This document shows, piece by piece, positions 40,844-53,964 of a DNA stretch of 64,000 nucleotides (the first letter of the stretch is position 1; each line of letters starts with the position of its first letter). Position numbers and translations under genes: made by a program. The notes beneath the pieces are model-generated. The model searched no databases, was not told where the DNA came from, and saw only the letters and a list, made by a program, of their open reading frames with translations. Source of the stretch: Eledone cirrhosa (lineage: Eukaryota); assembly GCA_964016885.1 (NCBI GenBank), contig OZ024740.1, positions 119,102,001 through 119,166,000 of the forward strand, written 5' to 3'.

Positions 40844-43486
40844 ATGGAAATACTGGCAACCTTGGTGTCACTGAAGAATATCCCCCTACCTGGCAAAGGA
40901 GAATAGGCCAGTGATCTCATCAAGAGTACGGACTCTCTTGTTCGTAGGATGAGATGGAGGGCGTTCCATTTTGAAAGAGGAATGCCTAAAATTACCAATA
41001 CCCAAAACATGGAGTACCTTTTTAGATCAACGAGGAACCCTCCCCACAACAGGCTAATGGAGGAGTTCGAAAACGAGATGATTAACATTATCTTTAACCT
41101 CAAATTCTCCGGACACCCACCCAGGAGTCGGGAGTACTTCAGACACCTGGGAAACGAGATTATCAAACTTAAAGAGACAACTGGAATACTCGTCCATGCT
41201 GATAAAACCAACAACCTCTACAGCATGGACATGGAACTGTATAATAAGCTAATTCTCAGGGAACTGAGGAAGTGCTACAAAAATACACCTGGAGTTACCC
41301 TGGATGTGATCAACGCCACAGCTTACAGGATAATATTCGGACTCAGCATACAGGATAGGACGGCCCCATACCAACCGAGGGAGCCGAGGATTACCCTTGA
41401 CGATCACAAGACAAACTTTGAGTCCGACCTCCCGGTTAGACTAATTAGCCCCTCCAGATCGGACCTGGGGATCGTCAGTAAAAGCATACTAGATAGGATT
41501 TGGCCTAAGCTTCGGAAAAAAAACTAGATTACAGCAATGGTCATGCACAGGAGAGGTAATAGAATGGTTTACAATATTATCTAAGAAAAGTAGGACCAGC
41601 TTTATCCAACTGGATATTGCTGGCTACTACTCAATCTCGCCCATAGTGCTTAATAAGGCTCTTATTTTAGCGATGTCTAATACGGACCTAACCCGTGAGG
41701 AGATACGCATCATCCACGCCGCCCGAAAGATCTTCATCCCTTTCGGTGGGGACCTTTGGACCAGGACTGATTGGCCAAATAACTGACATCACGATGGGCT
41801 CCAGCGACTCCGCACAGGTAACGGAGCTGGCGGAGCTCTTCCTGCTGAGGCAGATAAAAGAAGAAATCCCCTGCCTGGGCGGCGGATTATATCGTGAAGA
41901 TGTTCTCTTCACAGTCTATGACCACAGCACCACTATGGTGAGGAGAATTAGGCATTTATTTAAGAATCATGGGCTCAATATTGAACTAGACCCAAATAGA
42001 GAGGTAGTCAACTTCTTAGACACCACCCTAAACCTGAGCACTGAGAAATACTACCCCTATCACAAGCTCAACGAGAAACTGGTATATGTTAACGCCGAGT
42101 CAAACCACCCTAGATCCATAATTAAGGCCGTAGTCAAGAGTGTCTCGGACAGGATCACCAATCTGTCCGCCAATAAGGAGATCTTCGATAGCAACGCAGA
42201 GTATTATAACGCAATCCTAAATAAGGCGGCGCATGGCCAAAATATATCTTATAATCCGAGGCGCCTTGATAGGGATAGCCCATCGGACCCCCGACCCACG
42301 GTATCCGGAAGGGGGGGGGGGGGGCTAACAGTACAGGAAGAGTGGCAACCACTAAACCCAATGAACACGACACCATCATATTAGCGAAAAGGATGCGTAC
42401 GCCTAGCCATGGGAGGGAACCCATTACGAGTAGCGGTTTCAGGGGTGATACTAAGTACCCCGGGCCTGTCACCCCCAACCGCAAGACACAAAGCGGGACG
42501 GATGGAGGATCATCCCATTGTAGAACTCCCAGTGTGGGCAACAACCACCCCACAGGTACGGGCCGGGAATCAAGCAAAACACATAGCGTCCAAAGGGGAA
42601 GCAACAATGTGGAAATACGAACAACCCAACAACTCCCCAACAACCCACAGCACGCTCAACCCTCCCACATAGGAATAGATGTAGAAATATCTCGAGGTAC
42701 AACCCACCCTACTCAGCGGCCCTAAAGAACAGCCTGGCCTGATCATTCTTTAGAGCACTAGATAAATGCTTCCCGAGGGACCATAGATACCACAAGATCA
42801 TCAACAGGCACACTGTGAAGCTCTCGTATTCTACCATGCGCAACATAGCCCAGCACATAGCTAGCATCAATAGGGGTAAACTTAGAAACTACACACAATC
42901 AGAAGCTGGCAATATAAGCACCTGGCAGAGCCATGTGGAGGGAAAGAAGGGTGGACCCGGTACCCACCCTGGGAACCCAAACAGACCCAGGGACCCCCCC
43001 CACCCCCACCGGGCCCAGGAGAAGAACCCTGCATTAAGCACTTGGGGGTAGACCACCTCCTGCAACTGCAGAACCCCCACATTATGCCCCCTTAGTAATG
43101 AATGCCTAAGGAAGAATTTAATATACGGAAGTAGAGTAAAAAAAATTTAATATGGGCACCTTTACATAGGAGTCACATCAACGAGCCTCAAAGACCGATG
43201 GTATAACCATAGCTATTCCTTTAATAGGGAGGACAAAAAGGAAAAGTACGGCTCTTTCCGAACTGATCTGGAAGCTCAAACTTGACAGGACCCCGTACTC
43301 TCTGATCTGGTCCAAAATCAGGAAAGTACCACCTGATAGTGGGGGATCTGGCATCTGCAAACTCTGTCTGAGCGACACCCTCGAGATACTCAGCGGTGGA
43401 AACAGCCTAATAAACCTCAGTTCGACTTCTTCGGTACATGTAGACACCTCAGGGCCGGGACATTCCTCAAGCTATATGGACAATAA
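40844..43486 (+). pseudogene. Naiad-like PLE polyprotein (RT plus GIY-YIG), disrupted
   Basis: SLKNIP, RMRWRA, ADKTNNLY, VRLISPSRSDLG, ITMGSSDSAQVTEL, GLYRED (for YRDD), NFLD, SNHP, KIINRHTVKLSYS, CNC-x5-CPL..C, YIG, CKLC, CRH. Confidence 0.85.
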
Positions 43487-43709
43487 CAACACATTGGGAT
43501 GGGAACTTCCCTCAAGCTATAGGGACAGTAGCCCCGCCACACCGAGCCCAAGGTGAACCACCCCTACACACTCACCACTCCTGCCTCGATCGACTCCTAT
43601 AGCAACACATACTTATACATATGTCCATACATAGATATTGTTGTTTAAAATTATACATACATAGATACTTACATCTATGTGTATGTGTGTATGTATATTT
43701 ATATATACA

Positions 43710-43814
<105 letters not shown>

Positions 43815-44175
43815 CTAGACCACCCGTGACCCGTTGGGTCATGTTCACTTAAAAATAATTTTTAAATAATTGAAATATACACAAAACGTATATAATGTAA
43901 AATGATATTGGAAAGCCAATATATATATACGTGTATGTGTGTGTGTATATGTACGTGTATATATATATATATATATATATATGTTTGTGTGTGGGGGTGT
44001 TTGTGGCCTATATACACTGGTTACGGACACACACACACATACATCCTGTCCTAACACAAGTTATAAGATACATATAACTTAATATTCAATCACCAAATTC
44101 AAGCTAGATACAGTAATGCTGTATTCAATTCTCTGAAGACACCAGTCATACTTTCATTCAACAACACCACCATCT

Positions 44176-44222
<47 letters not shown>

Positions 44223-44647
44223 CCATTATCTGCGTTTTTATTCACATTTCAATGGTACCTTACTTTCAAAGAATTATCACATTATTCGCTGATTTGGTTA
44301 TTTATAAGGGTACCCGAAAAAACCCGCTTATCTCGGGATCCTGCGGTCCGATTTACCCGAAGCTTGTCTTTTCACTGTATTATTCACAAGTATTTTCACA
44401 AAGAAAATATCAAATCATTTTTCACTAATAGCTATCCAATCACTCCACTTCAAAATTCTTTTTTCTATATCTCTATGGATGCTTGACTGTTTGTTCTGAA
44501 ATATTTTTCTGCTTAAAAAGTTGCAATGTTAATGAAAAGCTGGTTTTATCTACAAAATTTTGAAAGAAATTATTCTTACTTGTCTTAGTTTTTCCTTTTC
44601 CTTTCATTTTCTGACGTCGGAATCAACATTTTCTCACATTTACGCTG

Positions 44648-47600
44648 TTACAGTTTGTTCAAAATAATGCTTTTGATGACAACATTCTTAGTTGACTGGG
44701 TATCCTTCAGAAACACTCTGACATTTTCTTTTCGTTTTCCGCGGCTAAGGGCTACATATAGTTGACCGTGTTGGAATACAGGTCGTTCCAGATAAACAAA
44801 GACGTTTTCCATAGTTTGTTCTTGTGCTTTATGAATAGTCATACGATTGAACTGGGAATTGGCTTCGCTGCAAAGGGATATCCTCACTTTCGGATAGATT
44901 AATTCTTATTCTAGGTATCATAACGATTTCATTACTGAAAGCAGTAGTGTTGATTCTTGCTACTATGAGATTGTCGTGCAGTTCTTCCACGATCATGCGC
45001 GTTCCATTACAAAGCCTTGGAGGATTCAAGTTTCTCATAAGAATTATTCGCGATCCTTTTTTCAATTCCAGGTTATGTGGTCCTGCTAGGAATTCAGTGG
45101 GGAAGTGAGTGGGATTGGTACCATCACTCACAGAATTATAGGATCAGCACTCTTTTATGGTTCCAGGGAAGAGTCTGATACAGGTGGAATTGATGCTTCT
45201 TATCCTTTCATTGAGAGGTACTAAGATGTAATTGTTCGAAAACACTTCAGCTGGATTGTCGAATAAGGGGTAGATGAAATCAATACATCCTTCCATAATT
45301 GTTGCTTGGAGGACCATTTCTTTTGGCAAAATAATTTCCTCATTTTCATTTTTTTTTATCTTATCTTCTCCAATATCCAATAGGAACTGTGAATAGTCTC
45401 CTGCTCCCCCACCCAATCGCATGTTTGTCTTCAACTGAAATCTTTTGAAGCTTCGCCATAAGTAGGATTTTTTAATGCAGGGGTTTTCCACGTCCGCTTC
45501 ATTTCCCCTTTTCACTACCGGAAGAAGCTGACGGAAATCACCACAGAAAATTGCCAAAATTCTACCGAATGCCTCATTGTTGTCGCATATGTCACTCAGA
45601 GTGAGGTCAACAGCTTCGAAGCTTTCCCTCCGAATCATAGGACACTCATCCTAAACAATCAGCCTTGTATGCTGGAAGAGGTTTGCCGTCTTTGAGTTTT
45701 GATCAATGTTGCACAGACCATTTTCTTTCACTACTATCGGTATTTTGAACCTAGAATGCGCTGTTCTTCCATCAGGCATCAGTGTTGCGGCAATGCCAGA
45801 TGACGCAACAGCAGTAGCCACGTCGCCGTTTCCCCTGACTTTTGAAAGAATTAAGTTAATCAGGAATGTCTTTCCTGTTCCACCTGGAGCGTCAAAGAAA
45901 ATCAATGCAGATGAGTTCGTCTCTAAACTGTTACAAATGAAGTCGTACACGTGTTTTTGTTCACTATTCAATAGAGGCTCTGTCTCTTCTACAAATCGTC
46001 GCTGCTCTTCTCTGGTGTATTGCAATTCATGCAATAACTCCATATTGCCAATATCTTGATTAGCAACAATATTATTTGACCTTGGCAAGTTAAAGTCATT
46101 AAGACTTTTGCCCAGGTCGTTAAGTTTGTCTTCAAAATACAGAAGACATTGATCATAATGTCTCTCGCTAATCAAAAGGTTAGAGTTTCTGGTAGCCCTT
46201 TTTTCTATTTGAAGGTAATCCCCAGACAGCGAATGCTTAAATCGAACCCATAAAGCACTGGAATTGTCAATTTCCGTATTTGTGAGGAGCACAATGAATA
46301 TATATCTCATGGCTTTGGGAAGCCTTGTTCGCTCAGCATCTTCCAGAGTCTGCTGCCAATGATCATCCGATTGAAGCAAGCCTTTTCTCTGCAGACGTCT
46401 TTGAATAATGGCAAGAGTTCTCCATCACACATTTTCAAAGAGTTGAAGGATACTGGCCCTTTGACGTGATGCAGAAGGAGTCTTAAATAATACAGGTCAC
46501 CACTTCGTGGAGAAACAGTGTATACTCGTCCCAAAACGTTCGCCTCAAAAATCCTTGGATACTGCTCAACTGTTTTCCCCATCTTTCTCCTTTCCCATCT
46601 CTTATTACTCCAAGTGTAAAACTTTGGGACATCAGCATAATACAATGTTTTTGCAAACGGATCGCGATCGCAAAGATCCATGAACTCAGTCAGAGTCGTC
46701 TTAGCCATGTTATTGTTTACTTTAACACCAGCATTGACCCGAAAGGGTTGACTTTCCTCAGATAGATGAACTTGAAGGCGAACTACGGCCGGTTCTCTCT
46801 CATGAATTGGAAATCCAAGTACCAAGGCAACAGCTTCTGAAGGACCGATATATCTTCCTGTTAAATACTGTATTATCTCATCTTCCCTGTCCACTCCAAT
46901 CATTGCCTGATCACTGCCCTTCATGGTATATTTGATAACGTATTTGATCGATTTCACGGAAGAGCACATCTCTACGTTTAGGTGGCAGTTGAACAGTTTT
47001 AATAGTTTCATATTGTAGTGAACCATCCATTCCGAAGTTATATTTTGGCTTCCCATTCCTTCTTGGTGCCCCTCAAATCCTCCCATCCCTGTACACAGGA
47101 TAAGAGTCCTCTCCACACAATGTATATTCATTGAAAGGCTTAGGGTACCGCTTACTGCACGCTCCATCTTTCCAACACGGCGAATTGTTAGAGCAATTCG
47201 GACCGTGGATCATGTGCTTCAGCACCAATTCATGACCCTCTGGATCTTAGTTTGGATCTGGTATTTCGGCTTGAACAAATTTATCATATTCCTGCGGTCT
47301 GGACTTGGAAGCTTCTTTGAGCCATAGCAAACAGTGCACATGAAGAAGACCTCGCTTTTGATATTCGACTGTCAGCACGTAAGCAATGCACTTGCCAAAT
47401 AGGCCATCTACTCCAGTAAGATACTTTCTTAACAGTTTCCGCTTCAGGTCAAATACTCTGGCAATTAAATCTGGCCTGTCATGTGGCTTCTGATTCAGGA
47501 ATAGGTTTTGCCGGATTTCAGGCCAGTTCGGATTGCATGTCATTGTGATGAAGAACGAAGGATTGCCGACTTCCGTATGTACATCATGGCATCCTGGCAT

Positions 47601-49140
47601 CGCTCCATCATATATCTCGGTCCACCGACAAATGTGGAAGAGAGTATGATTCGCCTGCCGATATTGCGAAAATCGTCATCATCATTCAATGCGTATTGTA
47701 TGTTGTAGATCGCAATGATGTTTGATTTATTCGGATGTATTGCAATCTATCTCCTTCAATCTTCGCAGCCATGTCAACCAAATATTGCTGAAATAAACGA
47801 CGGCCTCTGAGAAGTTGGTTGAATTCATTCTCATGGTTCATTATTCGATAGGCATAGTAGCGCATTGGCGTCAATTTCTTGTTGTTGCTCATTAACAGCT
47901 GATGATGCCATCCGTCATCGCCAGAAGGAAAAAATAGAACATACTGCAAACTGTCATAGGATCGATGGCACTCTGAGATTATTTGCAATTGTCCGCCTTT
48001 TTCTTTCAACACAATGTGCCGCGCTTTTGCTTGAAGTTCGGTGCTGTTTTGTATAATAACGGCAACTTCGTTTGCAGTTTGTGCATTGAATCTTCTCTCA
48101 TGTTCCATTGGTTGTCTCCTATCAGGATCAATAATAATCGAAGCTTCGGGAATATTTTTAATTCGTTCTTTTGCCATTCGAAATGAAGCAACGTAAGGGT
48201 TATATTGTCTGAGTATTATTTCCAATTTGGCAGTATCGGTAGAGTTACGGACCTTGCCATTCTGAGTTCAAATCCCGCCGAGGTTAACTTTGCCTTTCAT
48301 CCTTACGGGGGTCGATAAAATAAAGTACCAGTATTGTACTGGATAATTGCTGGCCTTGTGCCAAAAATAGAATCAATTATTTCCAATAATTCAACTATGT
48401 CGCACTGAATGCCATCGTTATGGAGTATTCTGATCCTCAAATCATCAGTATCCTGAGGATCCAAGAAGTAAATTTGAAGAGATTGGGGTTGTTCGTTGGG
48501 ATTAGGGGTTAAGGAACCGATGTAATGGTGAATTTGACCATGAATAACGATAGAAGGATTCCATCTACTCCTTGAGGAACGTACTTCTTCGGCCCCAAAA
48601 GATGTCATTTGGAACAGGCAGTTGTATTGTCTGAGGTTCTTCCTGAACTCGTTTGCCCTAAGTTGATCAGTACTAAATAAACTGTGAAGTTCCTGGGGTA
48701 AAGGCTGCAGATTCCCCAACCTGACTTTTCCATTCATACAGCAACAGTTAGTAGTTTCACCATGAAAAAGCATTGCATGACAACAGACACAGATCTTATT
48801 CATCTGTCCAACATCCACAGAGAGGTCACGTCGTTGAACTGTCCTTGCTCTATTCCTAATGGTTTGTTGGCAAAGACGTTCAGGTTTCCGAGCGTCCGAT
48901 TCATGAACTCTCCTTCTTCTGTCTCTTTCCCTCTGTTACGCCTGACGCTCAGCTCTCCGACCATCCGATTCATGATCTCTCCTGCTTCTGTCTCTTTCCC
49001 TCTGTTCCGCCAGACGCGCAGCCCTTGCTTTATCAGTCTCATCGATCCTTCTATTCACATGCCTGTCCCGATCATGTTGGCGTTGACCACTATCTTGCTC
49101 ACCTACTTCGGCTCTCCTTAGCCGTGCTTTCTTTCCACTA
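44648..49140 (-). pseudogene. Helitron Rep/PIF1 helicase with frameshifts, stops and a SINE insertion
   Basis: CxxC...CC zinc finger; FITMTCNPNWPEI; EYQKRGLLHVH; KYVIKYTMKG; APGGTGKT; GRTAHSRF; GDFRQLLPV; LCNGTR; TIHKAQ; HGQLYVALSR. Confidence 0.95.
48227..48375 (+). mobile_element. SINE family A nested in the Helitron ORF
   Basis: TSD attatttccaat at 48215-48226 and 48376-48387. Confidence 0.92.
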
Positions 49141-49239
49141 TCGATAGACCAACCAGATGTTTTCTTTCTTCCTCGTCAAGGAATTATTTAAGAATAGAAA
49201 ATCGTATTCGCCGTAGAAAAAATTCATATTACCTCAACA

Positions 49240-49780
49240 AATTTTTTTTTAAATCATTTAGAAATATTTCGAAATAATGAAAATATTGTCTGTTTAAACA
49301 ACTCGTATTTTTCAAATCATATTCACTTAAAAAATACTTATTAATAATTAAAATATTCTGTTTAAAGAAAGCTGAAATATATATACTCAGTGTACAAATA
49401 ATTTGTATTTTTTAAGTCATTTTCACTTAAGAATATTTTTAAAATATGCCAAGAAATATTTTTTTCATCGTATTCACTTGAAAATAATTTTTTAAAAATG
49501 AAGATATTGTCTATGTAAATAACGTTATTGTCAAATCAAATTAACTTTAAAATATTTCTAAATAATTGAAATATTCTTTTTAACAAAAGCAAAAATATAA
49601 ACACCTACTGTTTAACACCAACTGGTATTTTTCAGTGATATTCACTTAATGCTTTTCTGATAATTAAAATATCGTCTGTTTAAAGAAAGCTCGAATATAG
49701 ATACTTGAAGTACAAACATCTTATAGTTTTGAAATCATAATCACTGAGAAATCACTGTAAAATATATTCATCATTCGAGA
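49240..49780. repeat. Degenerate AT-rich tandem repeats upstream of the Helitron ORF
   Basis: Recurrent attcactt...aat..aatatt..ctgtttaa units; a similar unit occurs at 43843-43880. Confidence 0.6.
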
Positions 49781-50022
49781 AATATGTTTATGTCGATTTA
49801 CGTCAAACCTGTTTTATCCCCATTTCAGGGTTATATCACTTACAGGGCTATTTTTCCATTATGCACCGTTTTGGCTATTTACGAAGGTATCCTGCACACA
49901 CACACACACACACACACACAAATATATATATACATATATATGACTATCCAGGAAGCTCCAACCGTTACAGTTGTCTTTTTTCAGGGTATGTCAATATTTA
50001 TTTATAAAACTAATCTGTATTG

Positions 50023-50088
50023 TATTTTATCTGATGAAAGCGCACCATAATTTGCCTTGGTGGCTCTTGAAATATGTATAATAAAATA
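50023..50088 (+). ncRNA. Hammerhead ribozyme in a short pLTR remnant (about 49945-50205)
   Basis: TATTTTAT-CTGATGA-AAG..CACCA(10 nt)TGGTG..CTT-GAAA-TATGTAT-A-ATAAAATA; 8-bp stem I. Confidence 0.78.
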
Positions 50089-50246
50089 AATATGGTTTTA
50101 TAAATATAGTTTCCATTTGTTAATATATTGTATATTTACTCCAATAATTTGTTATAAAAATATTTTAAAGCTTGTATTCCAACAAATTAAATATAACCTC
50201 TGCATATATATATATATATGTCTCTAATATATATATATATATATAT

Positions 50247-50803
50247 CACTGCTCCCCCAGGTGAGCTGAATTTGTAATCCCATATAAACGGCTGTTATTT
50301 CTAGCACTATGTGTGGGACGTTAGAGGACTGGAATAAACCGTGTGCAAAACCTCGTGTATTTTCGCTACGCTAACCAGACCTTAGATATTTTTCTGAGGT
50401 GGAGTTATTTAATTTTATCTGGGTACCTATTGATAAACACAGAAAAAGTTGATTAACTCACTGCTAATTAGTTAATTATTTCACTATTATACCATCCTTT
50501 GTGAAACATGTTTGAAGTTTGAAGTTCTGACTGATCTGCGGAAAAAGTTTGTATTTTGAATTTTAAACGTGTCTAGGTACCAAGGCTTTTTGCCCATATG
50601 AGTCTGTGAGTATTGATTTATTATTTTTTAGATCGTACAGGCAAACTTTATGTTGTTTAATTAAGATATTTCATTCTAGCGATTTTATTAGTCAATTGCA
50701 ACTAAAACATGTAAATGTTCATCAAATATTAATTTATTCTGGTCAGAAGCGATTCTTAGAGCTGAAATGATTGTAAATGACCCCATTGAGTCTAAACTCT
50801 AAG

Positions 50804-50808
<5 letters not shown>
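50247..50808 (+). repeat. Diverged copy of the 34.6-35.1 kb repeat, between TA tracts
   Basis: Shared aatcccatataaacggctgttatttctagc, caggcaaact, tttcattctagc and gagt..actcta end. Confidence 0.8.
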
Positions 50809-50886
<78 letters not shown>

Positions 50887-51009
50887 GGTAAACATTGTTG
50901 CAATTCAATTCAAGCCCTCAACGTACTTTTTCCACATAGGAGTGACGGAGTAAATATCGTATAAAGAAAAGCGAAGTAGTTTCAGATGTTCAAATCCTTT
51001 AATAATAAT

Positions 51010-51083
51010 GCTGTGATATATATTTCAGTGACGACACTGGCCACACTGTTCTGTGTGCGAGTGTCGTGTCATCATCAGGCAGC
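51010..51083 (-). ncRNA. Hammerhead, left-arm copy
   Basis: Reverse complement of 52445-52518 with one stem I mismatch. Confidence 0.72.
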
Positions 51084-52444
51084 TTGTTACATAATAAGGT
51101 TATGTTTCCGAGGCAATCCAAATTGGATCGACAAGGGAACGGATGAATTGCGTGTTTTGGGGTTTTTCAACCGCTCCCTTGTGAATACCAATTCACCCCC
51201 ACCGGCCTGCGCAAGCGCATGTCCGAAGGAAGTTGCCCATTCGCCACCGCAGACTTCAACGAAATTTGCTTAGTCAGTTCAGCCCGTCATCCAAAACAAT
51301 GGCCCACCAATGCCTGTACCATATTTTACTGCTACCCATCACGGCTGTGGCAGTCAGCCTAATAATTTAGTTCCAATTAGTTGAGCGCTTTACGATGTAA
51401 CCGATATGGTGGAGAAGAGAGGAACCAACCATAAGCTACCCCGGAAATTCCCTCTACCATGGGGATGGAGGCCCCTTACACTGGACGGGCATAATAATAA
51501 CTTTCGGCAGGATAAATACGCGGAAACATATAATAGGATAAACCCCTATTTTCCTGCACCAAATCCCATTTGAACAGAGGCCCCCTAAATTCAATCTATA
51601 CATGGACAGATGGACAATCATATGGATCATTTTGCATATATGTACTCTGTGTTTTTGCATTTATTCACTATTGGTTCTGTTCTTTTCTTTTGTGTACTTT
51701 ATGTCTGTTTTTCTTTGATTTTGTTCCATGTGATGGAAATTAGGACTGTGTACCAGACCCACTAATGCCTGGAGCCCTGTTGTTCAATATGTGGATAGAG
51801 TAACTGTGACACTAGAATCCCTCTCAGAAAATATTACTTAAACATCTCTCTCCATATTATTTACTCACCTCAATCCGAATTATCACCTGAAAAGAATTTT
51901 TTTAATTCTTTTTTTCAATTCCTTTTTTTTAATTCTTTAATTTCTAATTGTTAATTTCTTAATTGTTTAATTTATAATTTCTGATATTTGATTTAGGATT
52001 TTAATTTTTATTTCCAACCCTCACTCTTAACTTCCAACGTAAAACCATGATACCTAGAATAAGTTTATTTTCCCTTATAAGGTGATGGTCAGTCATGCCG
52101 TCAACGCTTAGTGAGGGGTAGTATTATGACCTGTAAAAACTAACACTCTCCCATCCCCTCTGGCTCTCGGCTGACTGCCACAGCCGTGATGGGTAGCAGT
52201 AAAATATGTTACAGGCATTGGTGGGCCATTGTTTTGGATGACGGGCTGAACTGACTAAGCAAATTTCGTTGAAGTCTGCGGTGGCGAATGGTCAAATTCC
52301 TTCGGACATGCGCTTGCGCAGGCCGGTGGGGGTGAATTGGTACTCACAAGGGAGCGGATGAAAAACCAATAAACACGCAATTCATCCGTTCCCTTGTCGA
52401 TCCAATTTGGATTGCCTCGGAAACATAACCTTATTATGTAACAA

Positions 52445-52518
52445 GCTGTCTGATGATGACACGACACTCGCACACAGAACAGTGTGGCCAGTGTCGTCAC
52501 TGAAATATATATCACAGC
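52445..52518 (+). ncRNA. Hammerhead with long stem II
   Basis: GCTGT-CTGATGA-TGAC..GACACT..CACAC/GTGTG..AGTGTC.GTCA-CT-GAAA-TATATAT-C-ACAGC. Confidence 0.78.
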
Positions 52519-52566
52519 ATTATTATTAAAGGATTTGAACATCTGAAACTACTTCGCTTTTCTTTA

Positions 52567-52608
<42 letters not shown>

Positions 52609-52609
52609 G

Positions 52610-52670
<61 letters not shown>

Positions 52671-52839
52671 GAGGTTATATTTAATTATATATATATATAT
52701 ATAAGAAACTGAGGTTTTTTTTACAAAATGAAAAATAACCGAGGTGTCCTACACGAGTGAAAGTATAAAGAAAAAAAGATGAAATCGAAAATGCAACTGG
52801 AGTCTTATTTTTTTAAAAATATATATATTTATTTGGTTC

Positions 52840-52875
52840 CTTTACCGGTTTCGCAGTTCTTCTGCTTTTCAAAAG
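52840..52875 (-). ncRNA. Variant hammerhead, left-arm copy
   Basis: Mirror of 53764-53799. Confidence 0.55.
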
Positions 52876-53763
52876 TAGAGTTGAGATGGAGGGTCTGTGG
52901 TTTTTCTCACATCTGGTTGGTCTTTGAATGTTACTTGTTTTATATGGAAAAAAGTGGCTTGAAACGCAAGGTTTTTAGAGAAGTAATTTGATTGGTTGGT
53001 CAATAAGTATAATCAATTTTGCGCCAGTTCGCGTTACAAAGTTCTTCAAACAAGGTGGTGGGCGGGGCTCAGGTTGTTTTTTCATATATAAGTGTTTGAA
53101 TTTCTTTTTACTTAAAAAAAGGTGCTCACGAAGGCTTTTTTTTTAAATATAATTTGATTGGTTATAGATGAAATTATGGCTGTCACGTGAACACGTTCAT
53201 TCAATTCGCGCCCGTATTTGGGAATTTATTTTGTAGCCTTTTAGAGAATGTTATGACAATAAAAAAAGTGGCTCACGAAGGCTTTTTTTTTTAAATGTAA
53301 TTTGATTGGTTATAAATGAAATTATGGCTGTCACGTGAACAAGTTCATTAAATTTCGCGCCCGTATTTGGGAATTTATTTTGTAGTATTTTAGAGAATTT
53401 TTTATTCTCTAAAGGGCTACAAAATAAATTCCCAAATACGGGCACGAAATTTAATGAACTTGTTCACGTGACACCCATAATTTCATTTATAACCAATCAA
53501 ATTACATTTTTAAAAAAAGCCTTCGTGAGCCCCTTTTTAAGTAAAAAGAAATTCAAACACTTATATATGAAAAAACAACCTGAGCCCCACCCCCTTGTTT
53601 GAAGAACGTGAACTGGTGCGAAATTTATTATGCTTATTGACCAACCAATCAAATTACTTCCCTAAAAACCTGGCGTTTCGAGCCACTTTTTTCCATATAA
53701 ACAAGTAACATTCAAAGACCAATCAGATGTGAGAAAAACCACAGACCCTCCATCTCAACTCTA

Positions 53764-53799
53764 CTTTTGAAAAGCAGTAGAACTGCGAAACCGGTAAAG
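53764..53799 (+). ncRNA. Variant hammerhead with UUGAAAA core
   Basis: CTT-TTGAAAA-GCAG(TAGAA)CTGC-GAA-ACCGGT-A-AAG. Confidence 0.6.
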
Positions 53800-53964
53800 G
53801 AACCAAATAAATATAAATAGAATTTTTTAAATAATACTCCCGTTGCATTTTGGATTTCATCTTTTTTTCTTTATACTTTCACTCGTGTAGGACACCTCGG
53901 TTATTTTTCATTTTATAAAAAAAAACTCACTTTCTAATACATACCCACCACACGAAGACCGAAA

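Larger units (their letters stand above)
43815..49790 (-). mobile_element. Helitron, decayed; 5' end uncertain
   Basis: 3' CTAG at 43815-43818 with hairpin tgaccc-aac-gggtca (43827-43841), set in (TA)n. Contains a Rep/helicase ORF. Confidence 0.92.
50959..52569. mobile_element. Apparently non-coding PLE-type unit with inverted pLTRs of about 400 bp
   Basis: 50959-51359 inverted vs 52169-52569; HHR in each arm; TA flanks. Confidence 0.85.
52703..53937. repeat. Palindromic pLTR pair of about 1.2 kb with an internal duplication
   Basis: Axis near 53400; about 53120-53250 is repeated at 53265-53398. Right arm abuts the Neptune-like ORF. Confidence 0.9.

Noticed and set aside
40844-43486. Selenoprotein-type Naiad with UGA at conserved Cys
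   Set aside because: The Cys codons I checked in the CNC/CPL/CKLC/CRH motifs are TGC or TGT, and the interrupting stops I checked are TAG.
48896-49020. 69-bp tandem repeat as a CRISPR-like array
   Set aside because: Two coding repeats of the charged Helitron N-terminus, with no spacers.
50986-52542. Twin 95-aa ORFs on opposite strands
   Set aside because: Result of the inverted repeat; antisense to the HHR and no recognisable motif.
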